Assembly (NCBI GenBank): GCA_964416505.1
Contig: CAYQEJ010000004.1
Coordinates: forward strand, 1 to 57,330
Reading direction: 5' to 3'
Source of the DNA: an uncultured Gammaproteobacteria bacterium
Lineage (GTDB): Bacteria; Patescibacteriota; Microgenomatia; Levybacterales; UBA12049
DNA length: 57,330 nt
This document shows positions 29,517 to 39,089 of this stretch, one piece after another. The first letter of the stretch is position 1. Each line of letters opens with the position of its first letter. The notes under the pieces were generated by a model. That model was not told where the DNA came from. It made no database searches and was given only the letters and a program-made list of their open reading frames with translations. The position numbers and the translations under genes are program-made.

Positions 29517-30491
29517 TTAACTCTCGTTCCTTTTTTCTCTTTCAATATCAGCATCAACCATCATCTTTACTAATTCTTCAAAGCTTGTTTTTGGTTTCCA
29601 ACCGAGTTTTTCATGAGCTTTTGTTGCGTCACCGATCAAATGATCAACCTCTGCAGGCCTAAGATGAGCGCTCACATTTGAAATTACATATTTTTCCCAA
29701 TCAGAAATACCTACGTGCTTAAATGCAATTTCCACGAATTCTTTAACTGAGTGGGTTTCTCCCATAGCAACTACATAATCATCAGGCGTATCCTGTTGAA
29801 GCATCATCCACATTGCTTCCACATAATCTCCTGCAAAACCCCAGTCCCTCTTAGAATCCAGATTTCCCAGCTCCAATTTATCCTGTTTTCCTAAATGAAT
29901 TCTTGCAACTGCATGACTAATTTTTCTAGTTACAAATTCAAGACCTCTCCTCGGTGATTCATGATTAAAAAGAATTCCAGAACAAGCAAACATATCATAG
30001 CTTTCACGATAATTCAGAGTTATATAGTGCCCATAAACTTTTGCCACACCATATGGGCTTCTTGGATAAAATCTAGTTGTTTCTTTCTGTGGAACCTCAA
30101 CCACTTTTCCAAACATCTCAGATGATGATGCTTGATAAAACTTAATTTTAGAATTTACAGTTTTTATAGCTTCCAAAATTCTCGTAACACCGATTCCAGT
30201 AAATTCTCCTGTTAAAACAGGCTGATCCCATGAAGCTTTTACGAAAGATTGTGCTGCCAAATTATAAACTTCATCTGGTTGTGATGACTGAATAGCCGAC
30301 ACTAGGGAACTTTGATCTAAAAGATCCGCTGATATAATATGGATCTTATCTTCAATATGCTTTATTCTTTCATTATTAACTGTACTCGATCTTCTGGTAG
30401 TTCCATAAACCTCATATCCCTTGTCTAGAAGAAATTCTGCGAGATAAGATGCATCTTGGCCCGTTATTCCCGTAATAAGTGCTTTTGGCAT
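29517..30491 (-). CDS. gmd: GDP-mannose 4,6-dehydratase
   Basis: [58 protein letters not shown]. Confidence 0.96.
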   Translation of the reverse strand: MPKALITGITGQDASYLAEFLLDKGYEVYGTTRRSSTVNNERIKHIEDKIHIISADLLDQSSLVSAIQSSQPDEVYNLAAQSFVKASWDQPVLTGEFTGIGVTRILEAIKTVNSKIKFYQASSSEMFGKVVEVPQKETTRFYPRSPYGVAKVYGHYITLNYRESYDMFACSGILFNHESPRRGLEFVTRKISHAVARIHLGKQDKLELGNLDSKRDWGFAGDYVEAMWMMLQQDTPDDYVVAMGETHSVKEFVEIAFKHVGISDWEKYVISNVSAHLRPAEVDHLIGDATKAHEKLGWKPKTSFEELVKMMVDADIEREKRNES

Positions 30492-30493
30492 AA

Positions 30494-31447
30494 TTAGACT
30501 GTCCCTCTAAAGTATTCTAGTGTATCTTCGAGTGTTTTTTCAATTGGTATTTCTGGCTTCCATCCAGTCAAATTTGCAAATTTTGAAAAATCACACAAAA
30601 GCTCCGGATCATCTGATGGCCTAATTAAAGACGGATCATTTTCTACGTTTATTTCGTCATTACTCATTCCTCGCATCATGTCTAAAATCTCAGAAATTCT
30701 ATGAGACTCTCCACTTCCTAAATTATAAACTTCTCCGCTTTCTCCTTTTTCTAAAGCTAAGAGATATGCTCTAACTATATCTCTAACATCAGTAAAATCT
30801 CTTTTTGATTCGAGATTTCCTACCTTCATCACTTTTTCTTTTCCTTTTTCTATCTCAGCAATCCTTTTTGCAAAAGCTGCAATCACAAACTGAGGAGACT
30901 GCCTCGGTCCAACATGGTTAAACGGCCTAACCCTAACAATATTAAGCTTATGAGACAAATGGTATTGAAGTGCTAAAAAATCTTGCGACAATTTAGAAAC
31001 AGCATAGGGATTAGTTGGTCTTAAAGGAGTATCCTCATCGATCGGAAGATCTTCTTTAGAGACAAGACCATAAACCTCAGCTGAAGATACTACTAAAATC
31101 CTTGTGTTATTTAATTCATTATTTTTTATAGCCTCAAGAAGATTTATTTGAGCAGATACATTATTTACAAATGTCTCTCTTGGACTTCCAAAACTAAGCT
31201 TCGCTGAAGTTAATGCTGCCAGATGAAAAATCATTTCCGGTTTTTCATAAGCAATCATTTTATTGGTTGCGTCTTCGTCCAGAAGATTAACCTTATAGAG
31301 TTTTAGGGAATCTTTATTCTCTAGATTTTTAAGTCCATCGTCACTAACATAAGTCCCACTGACTTCAAATTGATTTTGTTTTAAGAGGTGGTCTGCTAAA
31401 TATCCTCCCGCAAATCCAGTAATCCCAGTAATAAGTGCTTTCGTCAT
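30494..31447 (-). CDS. GDP-4-keto-6-deoxy-mannose reductase (Rmd-like SDR)
   Basis: [52 protein letters not shown]; adjacent to gmd. Confidence 0.8.
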   Translation of the reverse strand: MTKALITGITGFAGGYLADHLLKQNQFEVSGTYVSDDGLKNLENKDSLKLYKVNLLDEDATNKMIAYEKPEMIFHLAALTSAKLSFGSPRETFVNNVSAQINLLEAIKNNELNNTRILVVSSAEVYGLVSKEDLPIDEDTPLRPTNPYAVSKLSQDFLALQYHLSHKLNIVRVRPFNHVGPRQSPQFVIAAFAKRIAEIEKGKEKVMKVGNLESKRDFTDVRDIVRAYLLALEKGESGEVYNLGSGESHRISEILDMMRGMSNDEINVENDPSLIRPSDDPELLCDFSKFANLTGWKPEIPIEKTLEDTLEYFRGTV

Positions 31448-32733
31448 CTTCCTACTCCGACATAGGAGAAGCCTAATTTTTTCGCTTCTTGTGGATCATA
31501 AATATTTCTTCCATCAATTATATTTGGAGACTTCATCATAGTTTTTACTTTTTCTAGATCAATTTCTTTAAACTCATTCCAATCAGTTAATACAATTAAA
31601 AGATCTGCATCTTTTATTGCACCATATATTTCTTCCGCAAACTCTATGTCATCAATAAGTCTTTTTGCATTTTCACTTGCCTGTGGATCAAAGGCTGAAA
31701 TTTTTGCACCCTGTTGCTTCAAGAGCTCAATAATATCAATAGACGGGGCGTCTCTCATGTCGTCAGTGTTGGGTTTAAATGCGAGACCCAAAACCGCAAT
31801 CTTCTTACCTGTCATGTCATCCAAAACTTTTCTAGCTTTTCTAACTATGTCTCTTTTTGCCTGCTTATTAATTTCTTCTACCTGATCTAAAAGAGAAAAA
31901 TCATAATCATGATCTGATGCAATCGAAATTAATGCCTTAACATCTTTTGGAAAACAACTTCCACCATAGCCTGCTCCAGGATATAAGAAATGCCTACCAA
32001 TTCTTTTATCAATCCCAATTCCATCTAAGACCCTTAATCCATCAGCATTAACTGCTTCAGAAAGCTTTGCAATTGCATTTGCAAAAGAAATCTTTGTAGC
32101 TAAGAAGGAATTCGCTGCATATTTAATTAGTTCTGCTGTTTCAAGATTTGTATGAATAAATGGAGCGTTAATTGGCTTATGCAAAGAAACTAAAAGATCT
32201 TTTGCTTTTTCACTATTTGTTCCAATCACAATTCTATCTGGCTTAAGAGTGTCTTCGATTGCCGTTCCTTCTCTTAAAAATTCTGGAACAGAAGCAATGT
32301 CAAACTTTGCATCTTTATCTTTATTTTCATTTATTATTTTTTCAATTCTCTTATTTGTACCTACCGGAACAGTACTTTTTGTAGCTACAACAGTATAATT
32401 TTTAAGATTTTTTGCTAGTTTTTCAGCAACCTCAAATACAGTAGAAAGCTCTGCATCGCCAGTTTTCTGAGGAGGCGTTCCAACAGCTATAAAAACAATT
32501 TCTGAATCTGAGACGGAAGGAGAGTAATCAAGAGTAAAAAGAAGCCTACCAGCGTCTACGTTTTTCTTTACCATTTCAGAAAGTCCAGGCTCAAAAATAG
32601 GAATAATACCTTTTTTAAGTTTTTCGATTTTTTCTGGGGTGTGTCCAATCACATAGACAGTGTTACCAAATTCTGCAAAAACAGTAGCTGTAACTAATCC
32701 CACATAACCATGTCCAATAAAAGTAATTGTCAT
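31444..32733 (-). CDS. ugd: UDP-glucose 6-dehydrogenase
   Basis: GHGYVG, IAVGTP, KSTVPVGT, PEFLREG, GYGGSCFPKD, GLAFKPNTDD.R, DGRN. Confidence 0.95.
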   Translation of the reverse strand: MTITFIGHGYVGLVTATVFAEFGNTVYVIGHTPEKIEKLKKGIIPIFEPGLSEMVKKNVDAGRLLFTLDYSPSVSDSEIVFIAVGTPPQKTGDAELSTVFEVAEKLAKNLKNYTVVATKSTVPVGTNKRIEKIINENKDKDAKFDIASVPEFLREGTAIEDTLKPDRIVIGTNSEKAKDLLVSLHKPINAPFIHTNLETAELIKYAANSFLATKISFANAIAKLSEAVNADGLRVLDGIGIDKRIGRHFLYPGAGYGGSCFPKDVKALISIASDHDYDFSLLDQVEEINKQAKRDIVRKARKVLDDMTGKKIAVLGLAFKPNTDDMRDAPSIDIIELLKQQGAKISAFDPQASENAKRLIDDIEFAEEIYGAIKDADLLIVLTDWNEFKEIDLEKVKTMMKSPNIIDGRNIYDPQEAKKLGFSYVGVGR

Positions 32734-33617
32734 AGAGGTTGCATTTGAGATTTTATAGAGATTAATCCCTCTTCAAATCCCTTCATTTCCACTCCTAATT
32801 CACCTATTCTAGCATTTCTTAGAGCTAAATTAAATGGTCTTGGAGCTCTGTCTTTAAAAAACTCTTCCCGTGTTATTGGAACTATCAAATTTGTATCCAA
32901 ATTAAATTCACTAGCTATTATTTTAGTCGCCTCAAAGGGAGTTAAAGCCTGCCCTCCCACGGTATGAAATACTCCTGAAGCATCATTTTTTATTAATTTT
33001 TCCAAAGCAAAAGCAAAATCATCAATAAATGTCGGACAAAACACATGATCTGTTATTGCTTTCACTTGGTTTCCGTTTTTGAGATTATCTAAAATAGCTC
33101 TTAAGAAATCTTTTTTTGGCTCAAAATTAGCTCTATAAGGATAAGCTAAGCGAAGAATCATATATGGAGCACCGCTTTTCTCTATTAATTTTTCTCCTTC
33201 ATATTTAGTTTTTGAATACCAGTTAATTGGATTCGGAGAGTCTTTCTCTGTATAAAATTCTCCTTTTTCTTTTTCGCCATCAAAAACAAAATCAGTTGAA
33301 ATATAAATTATTTTTTTTCCTAAATCTCTACAATACTCCGCAACATTGCTTGCGCCTAAAACATTTATTCTCCAGGCCTCTCCGTCTTCGCCTAAATTTT
33401 TATCATCTTCACATCCATCCACATCCGTTTTAGCAGATAAAAGTAGAACAAATTTTGCTTCTTCATGATCCTTTAGAATTTCTAAGCTTTTTTTATCTCT
33501 AATATCTACTCCAGTTGACCTACTTAAAGAAATGAATTCAAAATTCTCTGTTAAAAGCTCAGAAATTCTACTTCCAACTAATCCATTAAGTCCAATTCCA
33601 ATTATTTTTGGTTTCAT
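32730..33617 (-). CDS. rfbD: dTDP-4-dehydrorhamnose reductase
   Basis: G.NGLVG, AKTDVDGCE, YISTDFVFDG, PINWYSKTK. Confidence 0.88.
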   Translation of the reverse strand: MKPKIIGIGLNGLVGSRISELLTENFEFISLSRSTGVDIRDKKSLEILKDHEEAKFVLLLSAKTDVDGCEDDKNLGEDGEAWRINVLGASNVAEYCRDLGKKIIYISTDFVFDGEKEKGEFYTEKDSPNPINWYSKTKYEGEKLIEKSGAPYMILRLAYPYRANFEPKKDFLRAILDNLKNGNQVKAITDHVFCPTFIDDFAFALEKLIKNDASGVFHTVGGQALTPFEATKIIASEFNLDTNLIVPITREEFFKDRAPRPFNLALRNARIGELGVEMKGFEEGLISIKSQMQPL

Positions 33618-34093
33618 ATTTTTCCAATTACTGGTATTTCAAATTTCTGTTTTCTGTATTTTAAATAAAGATTCACATTTTCGAAATGATCAAATGCAAA
33701 ATCTTCTTGACTTGGTAAGTTATCAAAGTTAAACCATTTCATTTCAGTATTTTCATCATCCATTTCCCCTGTTTTTTCTAACGCTTTAGAAATATAAATG
33801 AATGCAACATTTTGTCGATCTTCTTTTGGCCTATCTGGATTTTCTGCGATTCTTAAAAGCAGACCTACTTCTGATTCGTAACCTGTTTCTTCTTTTATTT
33901 CTCTCATGCAAGCTTTTCTTGTATCTTCATCACGATCTAAAAAACCTCCAACCAAAGTCCATTTTTCACCATTTAACAAATGCTTTGCTCTTTTTACTAA
34001 AAGAATCTGATCTTTACCATTAAGAAGAATTGTATTCACTACTACGTGCCGAAGACTTGCGGGACTTCCATTTTCAAAAGTACAATTAATCAT
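33614..34093 (-). CDS. NUDIX hydrolase
   Basis: Complete Nudix box G-x5-E-x7-REIKEETG; AFDH. Confidence 0.92.
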   Translation of the reverse strand: MINCTFENGSPASLRHVVVNTILLNGKDQILLVKRAKHLLNGEKWTLVGGFLDRDEDTRKACMREIKEETGYESEVGLLLRIAENPDRPKEDRQNVAFIYISKALEKTGEMDDENTEMKWFNFDNLPSQEDFAFDHFENVNLYLKYRKQKFEIPVIGKI

Positions 34094-35099
34094 TTCCGTA
34101 CTGCTTAGCGTAGTAGTTTTGATAATCTCCGCTTTTCACATCTTTCCACCAGGATTCATTTTCCTGATACCACTTAACAGTTAATTCAAGCCATTCATCA
34201 AATGTGTGTTTTGGCTCCCAACCAAGCTCATTTTTTATTTTCGAAAAATCGATTGCATAGCGTCTATCGTGACCCGGTCTATCTTTAACGAATTCAATCA
34301 TTTCTTCTCCTTTTCCCATAATTTTTAAAATCTTTTTTATAACTTCCAAATTATTAACATCTTGAGTTAAACTTCCAACACAATAAGTTTCTCCTACTTT
34401 CCCTTTAGACAAAACAAGATCTATTGCACGACAGTGATCCTCTACATAAAGCCAATCCCTAACGTAAAGCCCATCACCATATACAGGAACTTTTTTTCCT
34501 TCTATTAAATTAGTAATAGCAAGTGGAATTAATTTTTCAGGAAAATGAAATGGACCATAATTATTTGCGCAATTTGTAATAGTTATTGGTAAACCAAAAG
34601 TATCAAAGTATGCTCTGACTAAATGATCAGAACCAGCCTTACTTGCAGAATATGGACTATGAGGATCGTAAGGAGTTCCTTCATTAAACTTTTCTGTAGA
34701 ATCTAAAGCTAATGCACCAAAAACCTCGTCAGTTGAAACATGATGGAATCTTTTAATATTATTCTTAAGTGCCGAATCAAGCAAAACTTGAGTTCCAACA
34801 ACATTTGTTAAAACGAAACCTGCTGGCTCCATTATCGAGCGGTCGACATGCGATTCTGCTGCAAAATGAACAACAGTATCGATCCCAACCATAGATGCAT
34901 TAACTTCCACTGCATTAGTGATATCTCCTTTAACAAATTTATAATTTGGATTTGACTCAATAGACTTAAGATTTTCTAAATTTCCAGCATATGTAAGCTT
35001 ATCAAAATTAACGATATGATCATCCGGATGATTTTTAAGCCAATAGAGGATAAAATTCGAGCCAATAAATCCGGCCCCACCTGTTACAAGTAATTTCAT
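34086..35099 (-). CDS. rfbB: dTDP-glucose 4,6-dehydratase
   Basis: GGAGFIGS, HFAAESHVDRSI, HVSTDEVFG, SPYSASKA, DRPGHDRRYAID. Confidence 0.96.
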   Translation of the reverse strand: MKLLVTGGAGFIGSNFILYWLKNHPDDHIVNFDKLTYAGNLENLKSIESNPNYKFVKGDITNAVEVNASMVGIDTVVHFAAESHVDRSIMEPAGFVLTNVVGTQVLLDSALKNNIKRFHHVSTDEVFGALALDSTEKFNEGTPYDPHSPYSASKAGSDHLVRAYFDTFGLPITITNCANNYGPFHFPEKLIPLAITNLIEGKKVPVYGDGLYVRDWLYVEDHCRAIDLVLSKGKVGETYCVGSLTQDVNNLEVIKKILKIMGKGEEMIEFVKDRPGHDRRYAIDFSKIKNELGWEPKHTFDEWLELTVKWYQENESWWKDVKSGDYQNYYAKQYGND

Positions 35100-35102
35100 T
35101 AT

Positions 35103-35858
35103 TTATTTTTCAAGAACTGGAATAATTCCTTCTTTTACTTTTTCTGCCACCTGATTACTTGCTTTCAAAAGCTCGTCAAATGATGTTCCTGCATCAATCC
35201 ACCAGTCAATTATTTTACATTTAACTTTTCCATCTTTTACGTACAAATTATTAAGATCTGTTACTTCAAGCTCACCTCTTGCAGATGGACTTAATTTTCT
35301 AATTCTGTCAAAAACAGAACTGTCATACATATAAATTCCTGTTTGAGCAATATTCGATTTGGGATTTTGAGGTTTTTCTTCAATAGAAATCACTTTGCCA
35401 TCTGAATCAAGCTCTATAATTCCATATTGACTTGCATTTTGCGAAACCTCTACTCCAAAAACTCTTGCCCCATCATTTCCTTGTTCGAATTCTCTAACTG
35501 TCTCACTAAGATCGTATCCAAATATATTATCCCCCAAAACTACACACAGTGGTCCTTCATCTGCAAATGACTCTGCTAAAGAAAGCGCATCTGAAATTCC
35601 TCCATCCGGCTTTTCTTGATAAGCGTACTCTAAATGTTTTAATCCGAATTGATCTCCATTTTTAAGAATTCCTAAAAAGTGACCCACATGTGGTCCAGAA
35701 GTAACAATTAGGAGATCTGTAATTCCAGCTTTTACCATTGCTTGAATTGGATAATAAATCATGGGTCTGTCGTAAACAGGAATCAGATGCTTATTAGTAA
35801 CGTGAGTAAGAGGATATAATCTTGTTCCGAGACCTCCAGCTAAAATTACGCCTTTCAT
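35103..35858 (-). CDS. rfbA: Glucose-1-phosphate thymidylyltransferase (short RfbA/SpsI type)
   Basis: MKGVILAGGLGTRLYPLT...NKHLIPVYDRPMI, LGDN, PSARGELEVTD; start at ATG 35858. Confidence 0.9.
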   Translation of the reverse strand: MKGVILAGGLGTRLYPLTHVTNKHLIPVYDRPMIYYPIQAMVKAGITDLLIVTSGPHVGHFLGILKNGDQFGLKHLEYAYQEKPDGGISDALSLAESFADEGPLCVVLGDNIFGYDLSETVREFEQGNDGARVFGVEVSQNASQYGIIELDSDGKVISIEEKPQNPKSNIAQTGIYMYDSSVFDRIRKLSPSARGELEVTDLNNLYVKDGKVKCKIIDWWIDAGTSFDELLKASNQVAEKVKEGIIPVLEK

Positions 35859-35863
35859 ATTAT

Positions 35864-36130
35864 TTAAATTCCAAATCCTCCTTTGAATATAAAGAAGGCT
35901 GCTGCTATACCTAAACAAGCAACAAGAACATATTCTATCACAATTTTAGCTACTAAATCATGATTAATCAAATGATGAATTACACCAATTAAGACATATG
36001 AAGCTGCCATACCTAATACTATAAGCATTTGCATAGCTCGGTCTTGAGAAGCAGAAAAAATTAAAATTAAGCCTCCAATCAAAACAGCACTGAGTAAAAA
36101 ATAATAAATTAAATGATTTTTTTCTTTCAC
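35864..36130 (-). CDS. Small 3-TM membrane protein
   Basis: 88 aa, three hydrophobic helices, in operon. Confidence 0.7.
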   Translation of the reverse strand: MKEKNHLIYYFLLSAVLIGGLILIFSASQDRAMQMLIVLGMAASYVLIGVIHHLINHDLVAKIVIEYVLVACLGIAAAFFIFKGGFGI

Positions 36131-36954
36131 ACAACGGCTCCTTTGCTTAAAACTCCAATTATTATTGTAATCGTAAAGAGAAAAAGTGCATGATCTATAT
36201 TATGCCCAACAAATCTTACTATTTTTTTTCTTTCAATAATAACTAAATCTATAAGAAGAATCGAAATAAAACCAAGAAGCATAAGTATCACTATTTCTGA
36301 AGAACGAGAAAATCCCCCTACATATGAAATATTAGATACATCAAATCCTAGAACTTTCTTTACTGGTTTTTTTGGTGTAATTTTCGTAGGAACCGCATAT
36401 GTTTTACTTCCAAATTCCTGAACAACCAGAAAAGTTTCTTCTCCATTTAATCTCCCGGATTTAACAGCAAAACCAACATCCTTATAATTCGATGATAAAA
36501 TATTACTCCTGTGTGAGGGACTCGCCATCCAAGCATTTACCACATCATTAGCGCTACTGAATCCTCTTGCCAAATTTTCTCCGGCATATACATATTCGTA
36601 GCCAGCGCCTTTTATAAATACCCATGGCGTAGTACCGTCCGGTGCGTTATGAGCCCAATAATTTTTCGCAAACATATCATCTGCTTTTCTACTCGCAGCC
36701 TCCGTTAACTGAGAATTAGTTGATAAAGGAGAAAGTCCATTTTCTACTCTTTTTTGATTGGTATAAGTTAAGAGCTCTTTAAGAGAAACATCTGCATATG
36801 CTTTTATTTTTCCCGCAACTGGAAATGAAGAAAAAAACAAAGAACTAAAAATAAAAAAAGAAATTACTAAAATTAATGATTTCGGATGAAGGAGATGTGC
36901 TCTGTGATTATTACGAGGATGAGGAAAGACTAGGCAGTATAAAAAATCTCTCAT
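36127..36954 (-). CDS. CAP (SCP) domain membrane protein
   Basis: TNQKR.ENGL, KADDM...YWAH..PDG..PW, AGENLA, WMASPSHRSN; C-terminal TM helices. Confidence 0.9.
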   Translation of the reverse strand: MRDFLYCLVFPHPRNNHRAHLLHPKSLILVISFFIFSSLFFSSFPVAGKIKAYADVSLKELLTYTNQKRVENGLSPLSTNSQLTEAASRKADDMFAKNYWAHNAPDGTTPWVFIKGAGYEYVYAGENLARGFSSANDVVNAWMASPSHRSNILSSNYKDVGFAVKSGRLNGEETFLVVQEFGSKTYAVPTKITPKKPVKKVLGFDVSNISYVGGFSRSSEIVILMLLGFISILLIDLVIIERKKIVRFVGHNIDHALFLFTITIIIGVLSKGAVV

Positions 36955-36966
36955 AAATTGAGTATA

Positions 36967-37275
36967 TCATGAGTATTTAGGAAGAGCCTGTTCGTCTTTT
37001 CTACCATTTACTTTTACACCCAATGAAAAACCTAATGCATTTGCGATTGACACACCAACTCTTGTACCCGTGAAAGACCCAGGGCCAGTATTAACCAAGA
37101 TTTCATCAAGCTTTGATGGGGAAATATTATTTCTCTTAAGAATTTTTTCTATAAGTATTAGTGCTGTTTGAGACTTTGGTTTTGATTCTTCCGAAATTTC
37201 GTCGATTATAGATTCTGTCTCTAGTTTTATAACAGTTTTTTTATTGTCAGTAGTGTCTATTACAAGCTTAGTCAT
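36967..37275 (-). CDS. tsaB: Half-length TsaB (t6A biosynthesis)
   Basis: IDTT, VNTGPGSFTGTRVG.S.AN.L motifs; only 102 aa; ATGA overlap with tsaC. Confidence 0.8.
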   Translation of the reverse strand: MTKLVIDTTDNKKTVIKLETESIIDEISEESKPKSQTALILIEKILKRNNISPSKLDEILVNTGPGSFTGTRVGVSIANALGFSLGVKVNGRKDEQALPKYS

Positions 37276-37850
37276 AAATCGATCTTTAAAGATCCCTGCC
37301 TGAGAATTTTCCAGGGCTCCTCTGAGCAATCTACAACGGTTGATGCAAGATTTTCTCCGCGAGTTTTACCTTCTATAACTAAGTCTACAAGTTTTATTAG
37401 TGATTTATCAAGATCTTCAAATTTATAAGGAGTTTTTTCACCATGAAAATTTGCAGAGGGCCCTAAAATAGGAAGCCCTAATCCACTAATCAAGGCTTGA
37501 GGAATTTCATGATCCGGAACTCTAACTCCAAGATTAGGCCCATCCCCTCTAACAAGTGAAGGAATTTTAGAAACTTTACTAGGAATTACGATTGTTAAAG
37601 CACCAGGCCAATATTTATCCATTAGTAATTCTATTTTCCCATTAATAGGTAAAACAAAATCCTTTAGTCTTTCTTTAGAGTCAAAAAGAACAGGAGTTGC
37701 TTGACTAAACGGCCTTTTTCTAATTTCAAAAAGTTTTCTGATCGCCTTTTCATCATCAACTCTGCATCCTATACCAAACGCAGTATCAGTCGGATAAATA
37801 ACAATTCCTCCTTGTTCTAGAACCTTAATCGCTTCATTTATTTTATTCAT
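37272..37850 (-). CDS. tsaC: Threonylcarbamoyl-AMP synthase (YrdC/TsaC)
   Basis: YPTDT.FG, IRKRP, WPGALT, GVRVPDH, SANFHG, STVVD. Confidence 0.93.
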   Translation of the reverse strand: MNKINEAIKVLEQGGIVIYPTDTAFGIGCRVDDEKAIRKLFEIRKRPFSQATPVLFDSKERLKDFVLPINGKIELLMDKYWPGALTIVIPSKVSKIPSLVRGDGPNLGVRVPDHEIPQALISGLGLPILGPSANFHGEKTPYKFEDLDKSLIKLVDLVIEGKTRGENLASTVVDCSEEPWKILRQGSLKIDL

Positions 37851-38278
37851 AATTCTTCAATTGTAATTTCTCTTTTATCATTTTCTAAATATTTGAATTT
37901 TATTCTATAACCTTTTGATGGATTAAATCCCAAAAGTCTTTCTGCCCATTCAATTACGGTTAATGAGTCCTCTTCACCAACAAATTCTTCAATTCCTAAT
38001 TTATCAATTTCAGTTGGCTCTTCAATTCGATACAAATCAATGTGATTCAATTTTTTAATGTTATTAACAAAAACATTGTGATTTCTAACTAAAACAAAAG
38101 TTGGCGAAAGAATTCTATCCTTTATCCCGAGCCCTTTTGCAATTCCCTGAACAAAAGTTGTTTTTCCAGCACCTAAATTTCCAAATAAAAGAAGCGTATC
38201 CCCTGGCATCAAATTCTTTGCGAATTGCAAACCCACATCCTTTGTTTCCAATGAATTATTTGTCAAAAATTTTTTCAT
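37847..38278 (-). CDS. tsaE: t6A biosynthesis ATPase TsaE
   Basis: GNLGAGKTT, SPTF, HIDLYRI, IEWAE. Confidence 0.95.
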   Translation of the reverse strand: MKKFLTNNSLETKDVGLQFAKNLMPGDTLLLFGNLGAGKTTFVQGIAKGLGIKDRILSPTFVLVRNHNVFVNNIKKLNHIDLYRIEEPTEIDKLGIEEFVGEEDSLTVIEWAERLLGFNPSKGYRIKFKYLENDKREITIEEL

Positions 38279-39080
38279 ATATTTCCTTGAAGGTAAAATA
38301 CTTTAATAGTATTTTACCAGTTGCTAATAGTATTAGTAAAAATCCCCCGACTAGAAACACGGAAGGAATTTTTTCATCTTTTGCACCTAAGACTTCAGTC
38401 TTATTCTTAACTTCCGAAGGCGCGCTAGTACTATTTACTCTAGTAAAATTACTAGAAACTTTAAATTTAGGGGTTATTTTAACAGAATTATTTGATTTTA
38501 AGGAGGGAGAATTTGAAATTTTAAAAGACGTAGGAGCTCTGGTTGGAACTTGTGAGATATATTTAGAAACCGTAGACGATTTCATAGAAATTGGAGTTTT
38601 CGTTGGTGTTGGACTAGGAGGGATAATAACACTTGAGGAGTTATTTGATAGATTTCTTGAAGGATTTGAAAAAATATTCCAACTAGAGCTTCCATCAGGA
38701 AGCCTACCCATTGAACCAGGAGAATCTGTAGTACTCAGCCCTCCTTTATCTCCATAAGAAACTTGATCCACTATGGATTCATCTAAAATTAAAACAAGTT
38801 TTAAGATATCTCCCCCATTGTTTAATTTATTAGACCAATCAAAAGTTAAAAATCCCTGGGGAGGTAAACTTCCTGATAAATCGAGTTTATTTTTTTCAGA
38901 TGAATCCCTTAATTTATATAAATTTAAATCTATCGTTTCTGTTCCAGAATTATAAATCTCTATCCAGTCTTCAGATGTACTCGAGGAAAATTCATTGATA
39001 ACTGGGGCTGAAAATGCGGTTTTGGCAATAGAAAAACTAACTAAAAGAATAGTAACAAAAGCAAAAAATTGCTTTTTCAT
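38256..39080 (-). CDS. Lamin-tail-domain surface protein
   Basis: Signal peptide, VINEF.....DWIEIYN, KLNNGGD, S.GR.PDG, Ser/Pro/Thr linker, VLGA followed by C-terminal TM helix. Confidence 0.82.
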   Translation of the reverse strand: MKKQFFAFVTILLVSFSIAKTAFSAPVINEFSSSTSEDWIEIYNSGTETIDLNLYKLRDSSEKNKLDLSGSLPPQGFLTFDWSNKLNNGGDILKLVLILDESIVDQVSYGDKGGLSTTDSPGSMGRLPDGSSSWNIFSNPSRNLSNNSSSVIIPPSPTPTKTPISMKSSTVSKYISQVPTRAPTSFKISNSPSLKSNNSVKITPKFKVSSNFTRVNSTSAPSEVKNKTEVLGAKDEKIPSVFLVGGFLLILLATGKILLKYFTFKEIYEKIFDK

Positions 39081-39089
39081 TTAATAAAT

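Noticed and set aside
38101-38757. 218-aa antisense ORF
   Set aside because: Shadow of the Ser/Pro/Thr-rich lamin-tail gene and tsaE; no RBS, promoter or motifs.
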